This document shows, one piece after another, positions 9,125 to 17,452 of a DNA stretch of 64,000 nucleotides. The notes beneath the pieces were generated by a model. It was not told the DNA's origin. It searched no databases and was given only the letters and a program-made list of their open reading frames with translations. The translations under genes and the position numbers were made by a program. Numbering within the stretch: position 1 is the first letter of the stretch; every line of letters starts with the position of its first letter. Source of the DNA: Pseudomonadales bacterium (GTDB lineage Bacteria; Pseudomonadota; Gammaproteobacteria; Pseudomonadales; IMCC2047); assembly GCA_965230515.1 (NCBI GenBank), contig OZ246007.1, forward strand, positions 3,251,012 to 3,315,011, in the 5' to 3' direction.

Positions 9125-10060
9125 TTAATGGCCATGTTCAGCATCCTCTTTGCCCATCTCTGATTTCAGAACAAAGCTGTTTTTCGAGACATAGGTTTCG
9201 TCGACGTCCAGCCCTGCCAATACTTCGGTTGACTCGCCATCGGTGTGCCCCAAGGTAACTGGGCGCGGTTCAAAGCCTTCTTCTCCTTGAACAAAAACAA
9301 CATGTTCTCCTTCTACAAGCTGTACCGCTTCGTTATGAATAACCAATGGGGCGGCCGTTTCAGACAGGGTAATTTCAGCATTCACAAAAAGCCCTGGTTT
9401 CCACAAATTGTCTGTGTTGTTCATCAAAACCCGTGCAATAGTGGCTTGGTTGTTGCTATTCCCTAATGGAGCGATGTAGATAATCTGACCTTCGCCAGTG
9501 ATAGGGTTGTTGGCGTTTTTGATACGAACCGTTTGACCTATCTGCGCCTTGGCCACGTCTTTGGGAAACAGTGAGAGGTCGACCCAAACGGTGGAGAAAT
9601 CTTCAACAACAAAGAGAACTCGATCGGCAGTTTGTTCGCCAATATTGGCATGACGTTGAGTGATCACACCGTTAAGTGATGAAACAACAGAATAGGCTTT
9701 CAAGCTTTCATTGGCTTCAACCGTGACTAGCGTTTCACCTTTACGAACCTGGTCGCCAATTTTCTTGTTGACCGAGCGAATGACGCCATCAAAGCGGGCG
9801 CTGACCGACTGTATTTGTTCTGCGTTGCTGGTAATAACACCATACACGGGTAGCGTTTCTCGAATATTTCCGGCACCAACACGAGAGAGGCCAATACCTG
9901 CATGCTTGATTTGTTCCTGGGTGAGCTCGATGTGGCCTTCTTCGTGCTCTTCTTCATCGCCATGACCGGTTTCAGCGAATGCCAGAGTGGACATAAAACA
10001 GAATGTGAGATAATAAATAAACTTGATGGCGGGTGATGTATTTACGTTATTTGATTTCAT
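9125..10060 (-). CDS. czcB: RND periplasmic adaptor (CzcB-like) with His-rich termini
   Basis: 311 aa with a signal peptide, GHGDEEEHEEGH near the N-terminus and EDAEHGH at the C-terminus. Barrel-sandwich hybrid-like core. Overlaps czcC by 4 nt. Confidence 0.85.
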   Translation of the reverse strand: MKSNNVNTSPAIKFIYYLTFCFMSTLAFAETGHGDEEEHEEGHIELTQEQIKHAGIGLSRVGAGNIRETLPVYGVITSNAEQIQSVSARFDGVIRSVNKKIGDQVRKGETLVTVEANESLKAYSVVSSLNGVITQRHANIGEQTADRVLFVVEDFSTVWVDLSLFPKDVAKAQIGQTVRIKNANNPITGEGQIIYIAPLGNSNNQATIARVLMNNTDNLWKPGLFVNAEITLSETAAPLVIHNEAVQLVEGEHVVFVQGEEGFEPRPVTLGHTDGESTEVLAGLDVDETYVSKNSFVLKSEMGKEDAEHGH

Positions 10061-11466
10061 TGTGCTGATCCTGGTAATTCGGTTGATTCACCATATCGCG
10101 TGGCGGACAAAGGTTCTGCTGTGAGCTGTTCGATTTCGGCGCCATACGTTAATGCGGATGAGGCGGATTCGATCAGAGTGCGTTTGGCGCCTAGCAATTC
10201 CTGTCTGGCGGAAACGTATTCCAGGTAACCGTAACGGCCACGCTGATACGCTGTCTGTATTTCTTCGAGCGCTTCTTCTAGCGCAGGAATAATGGTGGTT
10301 TGGAGTTCCTTCGCGGTGAGAATGGCCTGTTTTCTATTGTGGAATGCCCGAAATAATTGCGTATGCATGTTGAGTAGCGCCACTTCCTTTCGAACGAAGA
10401 TTTCGTTGCGTTGGGCAAGTGCAGTAGAGACAGCGCCAGAGTTTCTTTTCGATGAAAAGAGCGGCATGCTAAAACCGGCGACCAGGGCTGAATTGTCGCT
10501 TTCCTGAAAACGGCGTACACCGACCGACCAGCTGATATCAGCCCTTGATTGAGTTTTGGCAAGACGCACTTCCGCCTCTTTGAGTCGCTCTTCAGCAGCA
10601 AAGACCTGGATAGCCGGGTTCTTCTCCATTTTGGCATAGAGCCTTTCAAAGTCGACATCCGTACCAAAGTGAAACAAATCACCGTCAATGGCGGAAAATT
10701 TCGGCGAAGTTTCTCCCCAAAGTGCCGCGAGTGACACTTTCAGATAAGCGAGTTGCCGTTGAGTGGAGAGCAGTGTGAGTTGTGCTTGCGAGGCCGAGGC
10801 TTGCGCGCGTTTTACTTCTGCATCTGGTGTCGCGCCTGCGTTAGCACGCTCTTTCACGATATTTAGAGTCTGGCTGGCAAGTTCATTTGCTTCTTTAGCC
10901 AGGGAAACCCGCTCTTGTGCGGCTAGTGCATCCACATAGCGCCGAGTAACTTCACCCAGTAACGCCAACGATTCCACCTGCCTCTGCGCATCGAGAACCG
11001 AGCGAGCGTTAGAAACGATGCCCCTGCGGGCAGCGCGTTTATCGCCCATTTCCAGTACAGAAGAGAGCGAAACGGTGAGTTCTACGCCACCAAAACCGCT
11101 GAGTTCATCGGAGCCAGAGAAGTTCTCAGCTTCCAGGCCGAGTTCATAAGCTGGTTTCAAGTTTGCTGTTTCCAACTGTCCAGCCAGGGCTGTGTTGCGA
11201 AAGTCAAAAACCTTAAGGGAAGGATTCCGCTCTAGAGCACGCTTAAGTGCGGTGTTGAGTGTGAGTGTATTGTCTGTGGCCTCAGCATGAGCAAAAGAGA
11301 GTTGTCCGCCGAAAATCAGACCGATAAATATCAGTTTTCTAAAGCTGATTCGTTTAAATTTTGCGTTTGTTATAGGCGCAGAATTGGGTGGTGCAGTAGC
11401 TGCTATCCAATTAAAGATGGATAAGCTACTCAACAGTAAAGTAGCGACAATATTTCGCGTTTGCAT
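10057..11466 (-). CDS. czcC: TolC-family outer membrane factor (CzcC-like)
   Basis: 469 aa with a two-repeat coiled-coil-rich OMF pattern, immediately upstream of and overlapping czcB. The N-terminal start choice is uncertain because there are two hydrophobic segments. Confidence 0.82.
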   Translation of the reverse strand: MQTRNIVATLLLSSLSIFNWIAATAPPNSAPITNAKFKRISFRKLIFIGLIFGGQLSFAHAEATDNTLTLNTALKRALERNPSLKVFDFRNTALAGQLETANLKPAYELGLEAENFSGSDELSGFGGVELTVSLSSVLEMGDKRAARRGIVSNARSVLDAQRQVESLALLGEVTRRYVDALAAQERVSLAKEANELASQTLNIVKERANAGATPDAEVKRAQASASQAQLTLLSTQRQLAYLKVSLAALWGETSPKFSAIDGDLFHFGTDVDFERLYAKMEKNPAIQVFAAEERLKEAEVRLAKTQSRADISWSVGVRRFQESDNSALVAGFSMPLFSSKRNSGAVSTALAQRNEIFVRKEVALLNMHTQLFRAFHNRKQAILTAKELQTTIIPALEEALEEIQTAYQRGRYGYLEYVSARQELLGAKRTLIESASSALTYGAEIEQLTAEPLSATRYGESTELPGSAQ

Positions 11467-11568
11467 AAATCAAATTCCGATTGTAATGAATGGTCGTACA
11501 CAGTGATTAGCCTGTTACCGCTAATGGTTTGCAGTAACAGGTGTGAGCTGATAGGTATCAGAAATGAT

Positions 11569-11889
11569 TTATGCGTTTGGAGGAGGAGTCGGCGGTGCCT
11601 GTGCGAAGTTAAGGATATGTGGCTGGTAAAAGGCAAACTGTTGATCGGACATATCGCATTTCAGAATAGTGATATTACCCTCAATGCTGCCGGTATGACC
11701 GTGACAGCAATGTGAGCAGTGGTTGCTATCAGCATCTGAATCTATTGACAGTGATTCATCGTTATCCAGTACATGCGCGTGATCGTCTCCGTGCGTGTGT
11801 TCACCGCCGCCCAAAGAATCGATAGCACCTTCGATACCCATAAAGAGTAGCGAAAATATAAATAGATAAAGAATGGAATATCTCTGCAT
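11569..11889 (-). CDS. CzcI/DUF2946-like small secreted Cys/His-rich protein (copy 1)
   Basis: Leader MQRYSILYLFIFSLLFMGIEGAIDS, a His/Asp-rich linker, the cluster HCSHCCHGH and the tail APPTPPPNA. The start was chosen by alignment with copy 2. Alternative starts at 11898 and 11931. Confidence 0.55.
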   Translation of the reverse strand: MQRYSILYLFIFSLLFMGIEGAIDSLGGGEHTHGDDHAHVLDNDESLSIDSDADSNHCSHCCHGHTGSIEGNITILKCDMSDQQFAFYQPHILNFAQAPPTPPPNA

Positions 11890-11973
11890 AGAACCCATAC
11901 TAGGCCATCCTGTTTTGATGGGAAAACACAATTAATACCTGGTAGTTCAGACTATATTGCCCGATCAGATATC

Positions 11974-12405
11974 TTAACGCGCAATGTTTGATTCGTGCTT
12001 CGGAGGTGAAGCTGCCTCTAACTGGTTTTGATGATAAGCGATCTTAATTACGGCATTTGTAGGAATAGCTTTAGGAACGCTCGCCGAGAATCGTACTCCT
12101 CCTTTGCGAAATGCTCGTTTTGAGGGTGACGGGGGAAAATAGTTGGTTGTAGTCTCATACATCAAATCGCCTTCATCCGACCAAACTGCGATATCTATAT
12201 GCCCTTTTGGCAGTCCGTATCGCGAGCTTGCAGTCAATCGTCCAGATACAATTGCATCGGATTTGTTTTCTTCGAATTGTAATCGGCTAAAATGCCAGCG
12301 CTGATAATCAGTTTTGATAATTTTTAACAGCGGGGAATGATTGTTCGCTGACGCAGGCGCAATAAATGTCGTACATAAAAGGAATGCGAGAATAGTAAAT
12401 CTCAT
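11974..12405 (-). CDS. unknown secreted protein, paralogue of 15449-15874
   Basis: 143 aa with signal peptide MRFTILAFLLCTTFIAPASA. The beta-rich-looking core GHIDIAVWSDEGDLMYE...VIKIAYH matches the second copy by eye. Confidence 0.6.
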   Translation of the reverse strand: MRFTILAFLLCTTFIAPASANNHSPLLKIIKTDYQRWHFSRLQFEENKSDAIVSGRLTASSRYGLPKGHIDIAVWSDEGDLMYETTTNYFPPSPSKRAFRKGGVRFSASVPKAIPTNAVIKIAYHQNQLEAASPPKHESNIAR

Positions 12406-12480
12406 ATTGTTTCACCTAATTTGAAATAGCTAAGTAGTTGCCACGATACTAAATCGTAGCTCTTTCTAAGTTATTAAAAA

Positions 12481-12843
12481 TCAGGCTATAGGCGGGCGAA
12501 ACAAAGAAAATACTGGGGCTATTGGCAAATTGGATCGGTAGTCCGGTTGCAGCAGTTTCGTATGAGTCACACATAGCTGCATAAGATTTTCAGTTAGGTA
12601 GCAATGACATCCATGATTATGACAGTGTAGAAAACTTCCACACGAATCTTCCTGGTTTAAAGGGTCAGTAACACTAGGGTTGTCATCCAAATCACCCGTA
12701 AAGCTATTGCTGAAATTGCTATCCAAAATATGTGTGTAGCTTCCCCCGCGATGCAGTTCTCCAGCAGCAGAATCGACAGCGCTTTCTATACCCGTAAAGA
12801 GCAGAGAAAAGATAAACAGGTAGCAGGTAAACGATTTGAACAT
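12481..12843 (-). CDS. CzcI/DUF2946-like small secreted Cys/His-rich protein (copy 2)
   Basis: 120 aa with leader MFKSFTCYLFIFSLLFTGIESAVDS (near identical to copy 1), cluster CGSFLHCHNHGCHC and tail FSLFRPPIA. Lies 11 nt after the CDF gene. Confidence 0.55.
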   Translation of the reverse strand: MFKSFTCYLFIFSLLFTGIESAVDSAAGELHRGGSYTHILDSNFSNSFTGDLDDNPSVTDPLNQEDSCGSFLHCHNHGCHCYLTENLMQLCVTHTKLLQPDYRSNLPIAPVFSLFRPPIA

Positions 12844-12854
12844 AATTAATCAGT

Positions 12855-13493
12855 CTATACGACTTCCAAGTGTTCTGCACGTATTTCGCTAAATGCCAAG
12901 CGTATGACGTGAATGGCCGCACTAAAATTGAGGCTGGCTATGATGGCCGCGACGGCAAGGTCGGGCCATCGCGAAGACGTTGCAAAGACACCCGCTGCAG
13001 CGATCATGACCGCGATATTGCCAATCGCATCGTTGCGGCTGCACAGCCAGATAGAACGCATATTGCTATCACCTGCACGGTAGCGGTAAAGCAACACCGT
13101 AACAGCAACATTGACGATGAGTGCGAGTATGGCCACTGTGCCCATAACCGACGCTTCAGGAGCACTGCCGGTCAGCGCGCGATAAATAGCATTGCCAATC
13201 ACCCATAGGCCAAAAGCAGCCATGGTCGCGCCCTTAATCAGCGAGGCGCGGGCGCGTAAATGTAGCGCCATTCCCAGTACAAACAGGCTAATCGCGTAGT
13301 TGGCTGAGTCACCAAAAAAATCCAACGCATCGGCTTGCAGGGAGATCGAATCACCAATCTGACTGGCGATGATCTCAACCAAAAACATAGCTGCATTCGC
13401 GATAAGTGCAATCCATAGTACGCGGCGAAATACAGGATCAACGTTATTGTCTGCCGTTACGGTATCAGATGGACAGTTTGTACACCCTGGCAT
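12855..13493 (-). CDS. short cation diffusion facilitator-like transporter (TM domain only)
   Basis: 212 aa with six hydrophobic helices and CDF-type metal-site helices SLQADALDFFGDSANY and RNDAIGNIAVMIAA. There is no cytoplasmic C-terminal domain. The start overlaps the arsR-family stop. Confidence 0.75.
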   Translation of the reverse strand: MPGCTNCPSDTVTADNNVDPVFRRVLWIALIANAAMFLVEIIASQIGDSISLQADALDFFGDSANYAISLFVLGMALHLRARASLIKGATMAAFGLWVIGNAIYRALTGSAPEASVMGTVAILALIVNVAVTVLLYRYRAGDSNMRSIWLCSRNDAIGNIAVMIAAAGVFATSSRWPDLAVAAIIASLNFSAAIHVIRLAFSEIRAEHLEVV

Positions 13494-13831
13494 TAGTCGT
13501 CCTCCTCGGATTGATCCGGCTCGCCGATATGCGCCACCATATCCTCAATCACGCATTGGATATGTTCATCTGCTGCGACGTAGAAAACCTGTTTACCACG
13601 ACGTTCTGAACGGGCGATTCTGGCGGCTCGCAACAAACGCAAATGGTGGCTGACAAGGGATTGCGATAGCTCTAGCTTCTCGGCGATGTCCGATACGCTA
13701 ATTGGAGCGTGCAAGCAGGTTAGAATAATGCGCAGCCTGCTGGTATCCCCCATAAGGCGGAATAAATCGGCTAACTGCGATATCTCCTCCTCTGAACCTA
13801 TCTTTTTAAGCGGGTGTCTTTTTGTCTTCAT
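13493..13831 (-). CDS. SmtB/ArsR-family metal-responsive repressor (alpha5-site type)
   Basis: Start chosen at MKTKRHPLKK. The wHTH is VSDIAEKLELSQSLVSHHLRLLR. ADEHIQCVIEDMVAHIGE fits the DxHx10Hx2E alpha5 metal site of SmtB/CzrA-type sensors. Confidence 0.85.
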   Translation of the reverse strand: MKTKRHPLKKIGSEEEISQLADLFRLMGDTSRLRIILTCLHAPISVSDIAEKLELSQSLVSHHLRLLRAARIARSERRGKQVFYVAADEHIQCVIEDMVAHIGEPDQSEEDD

Positions 13832-13836
13832 ATTGA

Positions 13837-13892
13837 TGAATAAACATATAAATATATATTCATATGTTTGCACGATATACTAATTATGTCAA
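13837..13892 (-). promoter_or_regulatory. candidate promoter and SmtB-type operator of the minus-strand operon
   Basis: Interleaved inverted repeats TGAATA(13837-42)/TATTCA(13857-62) and AAACATAT(13842-49)/ATATGTTT(13862-69). On the minus strand TTGACA (13892-13887) is followed after 17 nt by AAACAT, which overlaps the repeat. Confidence 0.45.
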
Positions 13893-13926
13893 CTCCGAGT
13901 CTTTTCCAATATGAAATGAGCCGGAA

Positions 13927-14585
13927 GTGGGGGGCGTATTTCCATTATCAAATGAGCCTGAAATAATCACTGAGTTTGTTAATGATCGGAGGATGAAAAC
14001 GACCATAAGCTTAGAACAACTAATAACCATTGAAGCCGTTAGCCAATTTCTTGAGGGTACACAGGCAGTCGCCTTTAACTTCGCCATGTACAAACAGGAT
14101 CGGTATAGCTGGATATAAAAAGACTTTGATAAAGTTTCAGTGTCGGCAACTGGGTAAGACGGATAAAGGGATCCTCACACGTTATCTGATGAAAGTCACG
14201 GGCTACTCCCGCGCCCAAATCAAACGTCTGATACAGCGGTACCGCCAAACCGACAAGCTGTCTTGCTCAAGACGGCTTGCCGTAATCGCTTTAAGCGCCT
14301 TTACACAGATGTAGACAGATGCAGATATACGTTTATTGGCAGCCATGGATGAACGCCACAACCAATCCAGCGGGCCGGTACTCAAAAAGCTCTGCGAACG
14401 CGCCTATCAGCGGTTTGGCCAATCCCAGTATCAGCGTCTGGCCGGGATCTCCATCTCTCACCTGTATAACCCACACCAAACCACCACCTACCAGTGGCAA
14501 CGCTATACCTTGACCACAACACGCCGCAAGGGGGTGTCATCAGTCCGCTACTGGTGAACCTGTTTACGCGACGAACGTATTCCAC
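13927..14585 (+). pseudogene. degraded DDE (rve-type) transposase, N-terminal fragments only
   Basis: Three consecutive frames carry ...SLEQLITIEAVSQFLEGTQAVAF..., ...KTLIKFQCRQLGKTDKGILTRYLMKVTGYSRAQIKRLIQRYRQT... and ...AAMDERHNQSSGPVLKKLCERAYQRFGQSQYQRLAGISISHLYN.... This matches remembered IS transposase N-termini. There are at least 2 frameshifts and the catalytic core is missing. Confidence 0.6.
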
Positions 14586-14947
14586 CAGTTCTGAGGAAAA
14601 TAAAAGCTAAGCATTATGACTTGGATCTAGAAATTGTACGCCGAGTACTGAGAAATCTTTTTGACTTCGAAATACTAGAGAGAGACAAGCACAATAATTA
14701 TAAGTTGGGGCTCAATTTCATAGCATGGCAGAGTGATAACTCGTGAACATTTTCAAATTTTGTCAATTAAGAGGTGCCCTGATATTTAACTTGGATTGAT
14801 GCGCGTATGATAAGAAAGGTGGTTAAAAAATGTAATGAAAACTATATACTGCTATAATAGCTCCGATGAAGCGTTATTAAAATTGAACTTAATGCTAATT
14901 CGCAAATCGAAGCGGTAGATATTATTGAGTATGGCGATTTTATTTAG

Positions 14948-15367
14948 GTGAAGTTAAAAAACACAGCGATAATAATGGTTTTTATGTTGTTCTGCCAACA
15001 GGCGGGAGCAGTTGCTGTGAACCTTGTAAAGACAATTCCTTTTGAAAATGAAACTGAGTTGGCTGTGCAGACCGATGCTGCCTGTCATGGCAACTCTTTG
15101 ACAGAGAGCGCTTCCGACGTCAACGAACTTACACTTTTACATAGTCACAGCAATACCGCTCAGAAGGGTGAATCACAGTACTCAGCTTTAACCGAAAATT
15201 GTTGCGATGTAAGTTGTCAATGTTGTGTTAGTGGTTGCCAGTCAGTGTTAGGTGGTGGATCAGACCAAAATCAGCGTACGTCACCCACAGGCCCAGAAGA
15301 TAATTATTCATTTGTGGTTCCGAAACTGCTGCCCAGCTCATTTTTCCGCCCCCCCATTATTTCTTAA
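14948..15367 (+). CDS. CzcI/DUF2946-like small secreted Cys-rich protein (copy 3)
   Basis: 139 aa with a GTG start, leader KLKNTAIIMVFMLFCQQAGAVA, cluster CCDVSCQCCVSGC and tail SSFFRPPIIS. Confidence 0.5.
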   Translation: MKLKNTAIIMVFMLFCQQAGAVAVNLVKTIPFENETELAVQTDAACHGNSLTESASDVNELTLLHSHSNTAQKGESQYSALTENCCDVSCQCCVSGCQSVLGGGSDQNQRTSPTGPEDNYSFVVPKLLPSSFFRPPIIS

Positions 15368-15448
15368 TCCCTAGGGCAATTGCGCCCAACGAATTATTAG
15401 ATCTGTTGTTGCCAGCAGGTTTCTATTCCCGTATTTGAGGATTATGAG

Positions 15449-15874
15449 ATGAAAACTTCCTATATAAAAATTGGTTTTATCGCACTTTCCATGAGCGCCT
15501 TTTCTAACGTTGCTTTTGCCAATCATCCATTGGATACAAGTATCAAAATTGATCGTGATAGCATACGAGGAGTTCGCTTGGGTCAAGTTCAATTACGTCA
15601 TTTAGCTGATGGCGAGTATCGGCTGAGTGGTGAGGTCAGGCGACGTCAAAATAACCCGGTACCGATGGGGCATTTTGACTTGATGGTGTCTGATCAAAGT
15701 GATCATGTGATTTTTGAGGATTCAGAATTTTACTGGCCACGAATCGTAAATCGTCGATACCACCACCCTTCAAAATTTGTTTTTACTTTACCGGAATCGA
15801 TCGCTACCCAAGCTGAATTACAGCTGAGTTTCCATAAAGACAAGCTGGCTAAACGGCCTAAGCCAAACCACTGA
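15449..15874 (+). CDS. unknown secreted protein, paralogue of 11974-12405
   Basis: 141 aa with signal peptide MKTSYIKIGFIALSMSAFSNVAFA, GAGGA-like SD upstream and core GHFDLMVSDQSDHVIFE...ELQLSFH. Confidence 0.6.
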   Translation: MKTSYIKIGFIALSMSAFSNVAFANHPLDTSIKIDRDSIRGVRLGQVQLRHLADGEYRLSGEVRRRQNNPVPMGHFDLMVSDQSDHVIFEDSEFYWPRIVNRRYHHPSKFVFTLPESIATQAELQLSFHKDKLAKRPKPNH

Positions 15875-15939
15875 TTTAGGAAGTCAGAGGTTTCTCTAGC
15901 CCAACAAGCAAAACTAATATTGATATTTGAGGATCTATT

Positions 15940-16449
15940 ATGATCAATAAAACCATATTCCCATTTATGCTCGCCATACTGCTATCGGCAGCTACAAATA
16001 TTGTGAGTGCGGAATCAGCTATTGCCAAATCTGCCGTTGATCACGCCAAAAATAAAATAATGATGGTATACAAAAACCCAAAATGTGGTTGTTGTGATAA
16101 ATGGGTAAAGCATATCAACGACTTCGGGCTTTTGAGCCAAGTTGTTAGTGGTTCAAATGTAGCTACGATCAAATCCAATTTTGGCATTGAGCCACGTTAT
16201 CGCTCTTGCCATACCACGATTGCTGATGGCTACGCTTTTGAGGGTCATATCCCAGCGCACATTATTCAACAATTTCTTATTGAGAAACCCAAAGATGTTG
16301 TTGGTTTATCGGTACCCGGTATGCCGGCGGGTAGTCCAGGCATGGAAATGGGCGATCGGCACGATGACTATGATGTGCTGTTGTTAAAAAAAGATGGTAG
16401 CTCAGAGGTTTATGCTCATATAAGTGAGACACATAAGGCAGATCATTGA
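15940..16449 (+). CDS. copG: DUF411 / CopG-like periplasmic copper-resistance protein
   Basis: 169 aa with a signal peptide, the CxCC motif KCGCCDKW, conserved CHTT and the Met-rich loop PGMPAGSPGME typical of DUF411 proteins. Confidence 0.8.
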   Translation: MINKTIFPFMLAILLSAATNIVSAESAIAKSAVDHAKNKIMMVYKNPKCGCCDKWVKHINDFGLLSQVVSGSNVATIKSNFGIEPRYRSCHTTIADGYAFEGHIPAHIIQQFLIEKPKDVVGLSVPGMPAGSPGMEMGDRHDDYDVLLLKKDGSSEVYAHISETHKADH

Positions 16450-16476
16450 ATCTTTATCAACCAGGAGAACATACCT

Positions 16477-17022
16477 ATGTACAAATTCATTATTACGTTA
16501 ACAGCATCGACAGTTATCGCTTTGTCGGCCTTTGCCGAAGGAAAGCATAATGATAACGTGAGTGACCATAACAGCCATGCTAAATCTTCCCATGAAGGTC
16601 ATGGTGCCCATCTGCAAGCACATAATCATGAAACAAAAAAGGGAGCAGTGGGGTACCCTGCCAAACCTTCCAACTCTCAGCGCTCCATTGATGTCAGCTT
16701 GAGCGATAATATGCGGATTAGCTTTTCTGAGGATCTTACCGAGCTCAAATCAGGAACGGTGATTAACTTTGTGGTGACCAACGAAGGTGAAATTTCCCAT
16801 GAGTTTTCTATCGGCAACCAGGCTGAGCAGAAAGCACATGCAAAAATGATGCGGCAAATGCCAGGTATGGTGCACAACGATGGTAATACAGTTACGTTGG
16901 CACCAGGTGAAACCAAACGTTTGGCGTGGCACTTTGTCGGTGATGATCAGGTTGTATTTTCCTGTAATATCCCCGGCCATTTCGAGGCGGGCATGTTTCG
17001 AATAGCTTCGTTGAAACTGTAG
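16477..17022 (+). CDS. periplasmic cupredoxin (type-1 copper protein) with a His-rich N-terminal region
   Basis: 181 aa with a signal peptide, a His-rich stretch (SDHNSHAKSSHEGHGAHLQAHNHE) and the type-1 Cu ligand pattern HEF...CNIPGHFEAGM. Confidence 0.75.
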   Translation: MYKFIITLTASTVIALSAFAEGKHNDNVSDHNSHAKSSHEGHGAHLQAHNHETKKGAVGYPAKPSNSQRSIDVSLSDNMRISFSEDLTELKSGTVINFVVTNEGEISHEFSIGNQAEQKAHAKMMRQMPGMVHNDGNTVTLAPGETKRLAWHFVGDDQVVFSCNIPGHFEAGMFRIASLKL

Positions 17023-17452
17023 TGATATTGACATGGCAATGGCAACTAAAGTACATCGAAGTAGGGAAGTGGATAGCGAGCTAAAAATGATCGCCACGTG
17101 TGATTTCACTTCAACTCGAGACATGTTGTGTGTTACTGGTCGTCAATTACCACCGATAACCTGATTAGTTGAATTTCTAACCTGATCTAGAAGAGTAAGA
17201 AAGCTATCTGTTTGAAAACAAATAGTTTTTGACTGTATGAAAAAATACTTCGAAAGTGGTATTCGTAGAATAGAAGCTACTTTCATTATTTGAAAATATT
17301 GACTTATGTCAATCCTGGAGACAGATTTTTCTAATATGGTCATAATTCCTAAAAGCCGTAACGGCTATTGATCAAAACATAGAGAGAGCTAGTGTCTAAA
17401 TCGGGATAAAACTCAGACGTAGGCTGATTAATAGCTTAGAAGGAGTAAATAT

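Noticed and set aside
13832-13873. Longer N-terminal extensions offered by the ORF track. Examples are 13873 for the ArsR gene, 31283, 53768, 54429, 55526, 42676, 49356, 48839 and 18051.
   Set aside because: Internal ATG codons preceded by SD sequences give canonical N-termini (signal peptides, AckA/GAPDH/FtsH/MerR starts) and remove implausible overlaps with upstream genes.
14586-14947. AT-rich non-coding stretch screened for CRISPR-like or tandem repeats and small RNAs.
   Set aside because: No regularly spaced direct repeats or convincing stem-loops were seen. It is best explained as decayed DNA plus the promoter region for 14948.
17298-17313. Palindrome ATTGAC-TTAT-GTCAAT preceded by AAAAT, considered as a CusR/CopR box.
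   Set aside because: The half-site spacing differs from the remembered CusR box (TGACAA-NN-TTGTCA). There is no -10 element at a sensible distance and no cusRS/copRS genes in the window. It is kept only as a note.
17143-17343. 66-aa minus-strand ORF in the intergenic region before the fourth CzcI-like gene.
   Set aside because: AT-rich with no SD and no recognisable features. The region is more likely a promoter or regulatory region.
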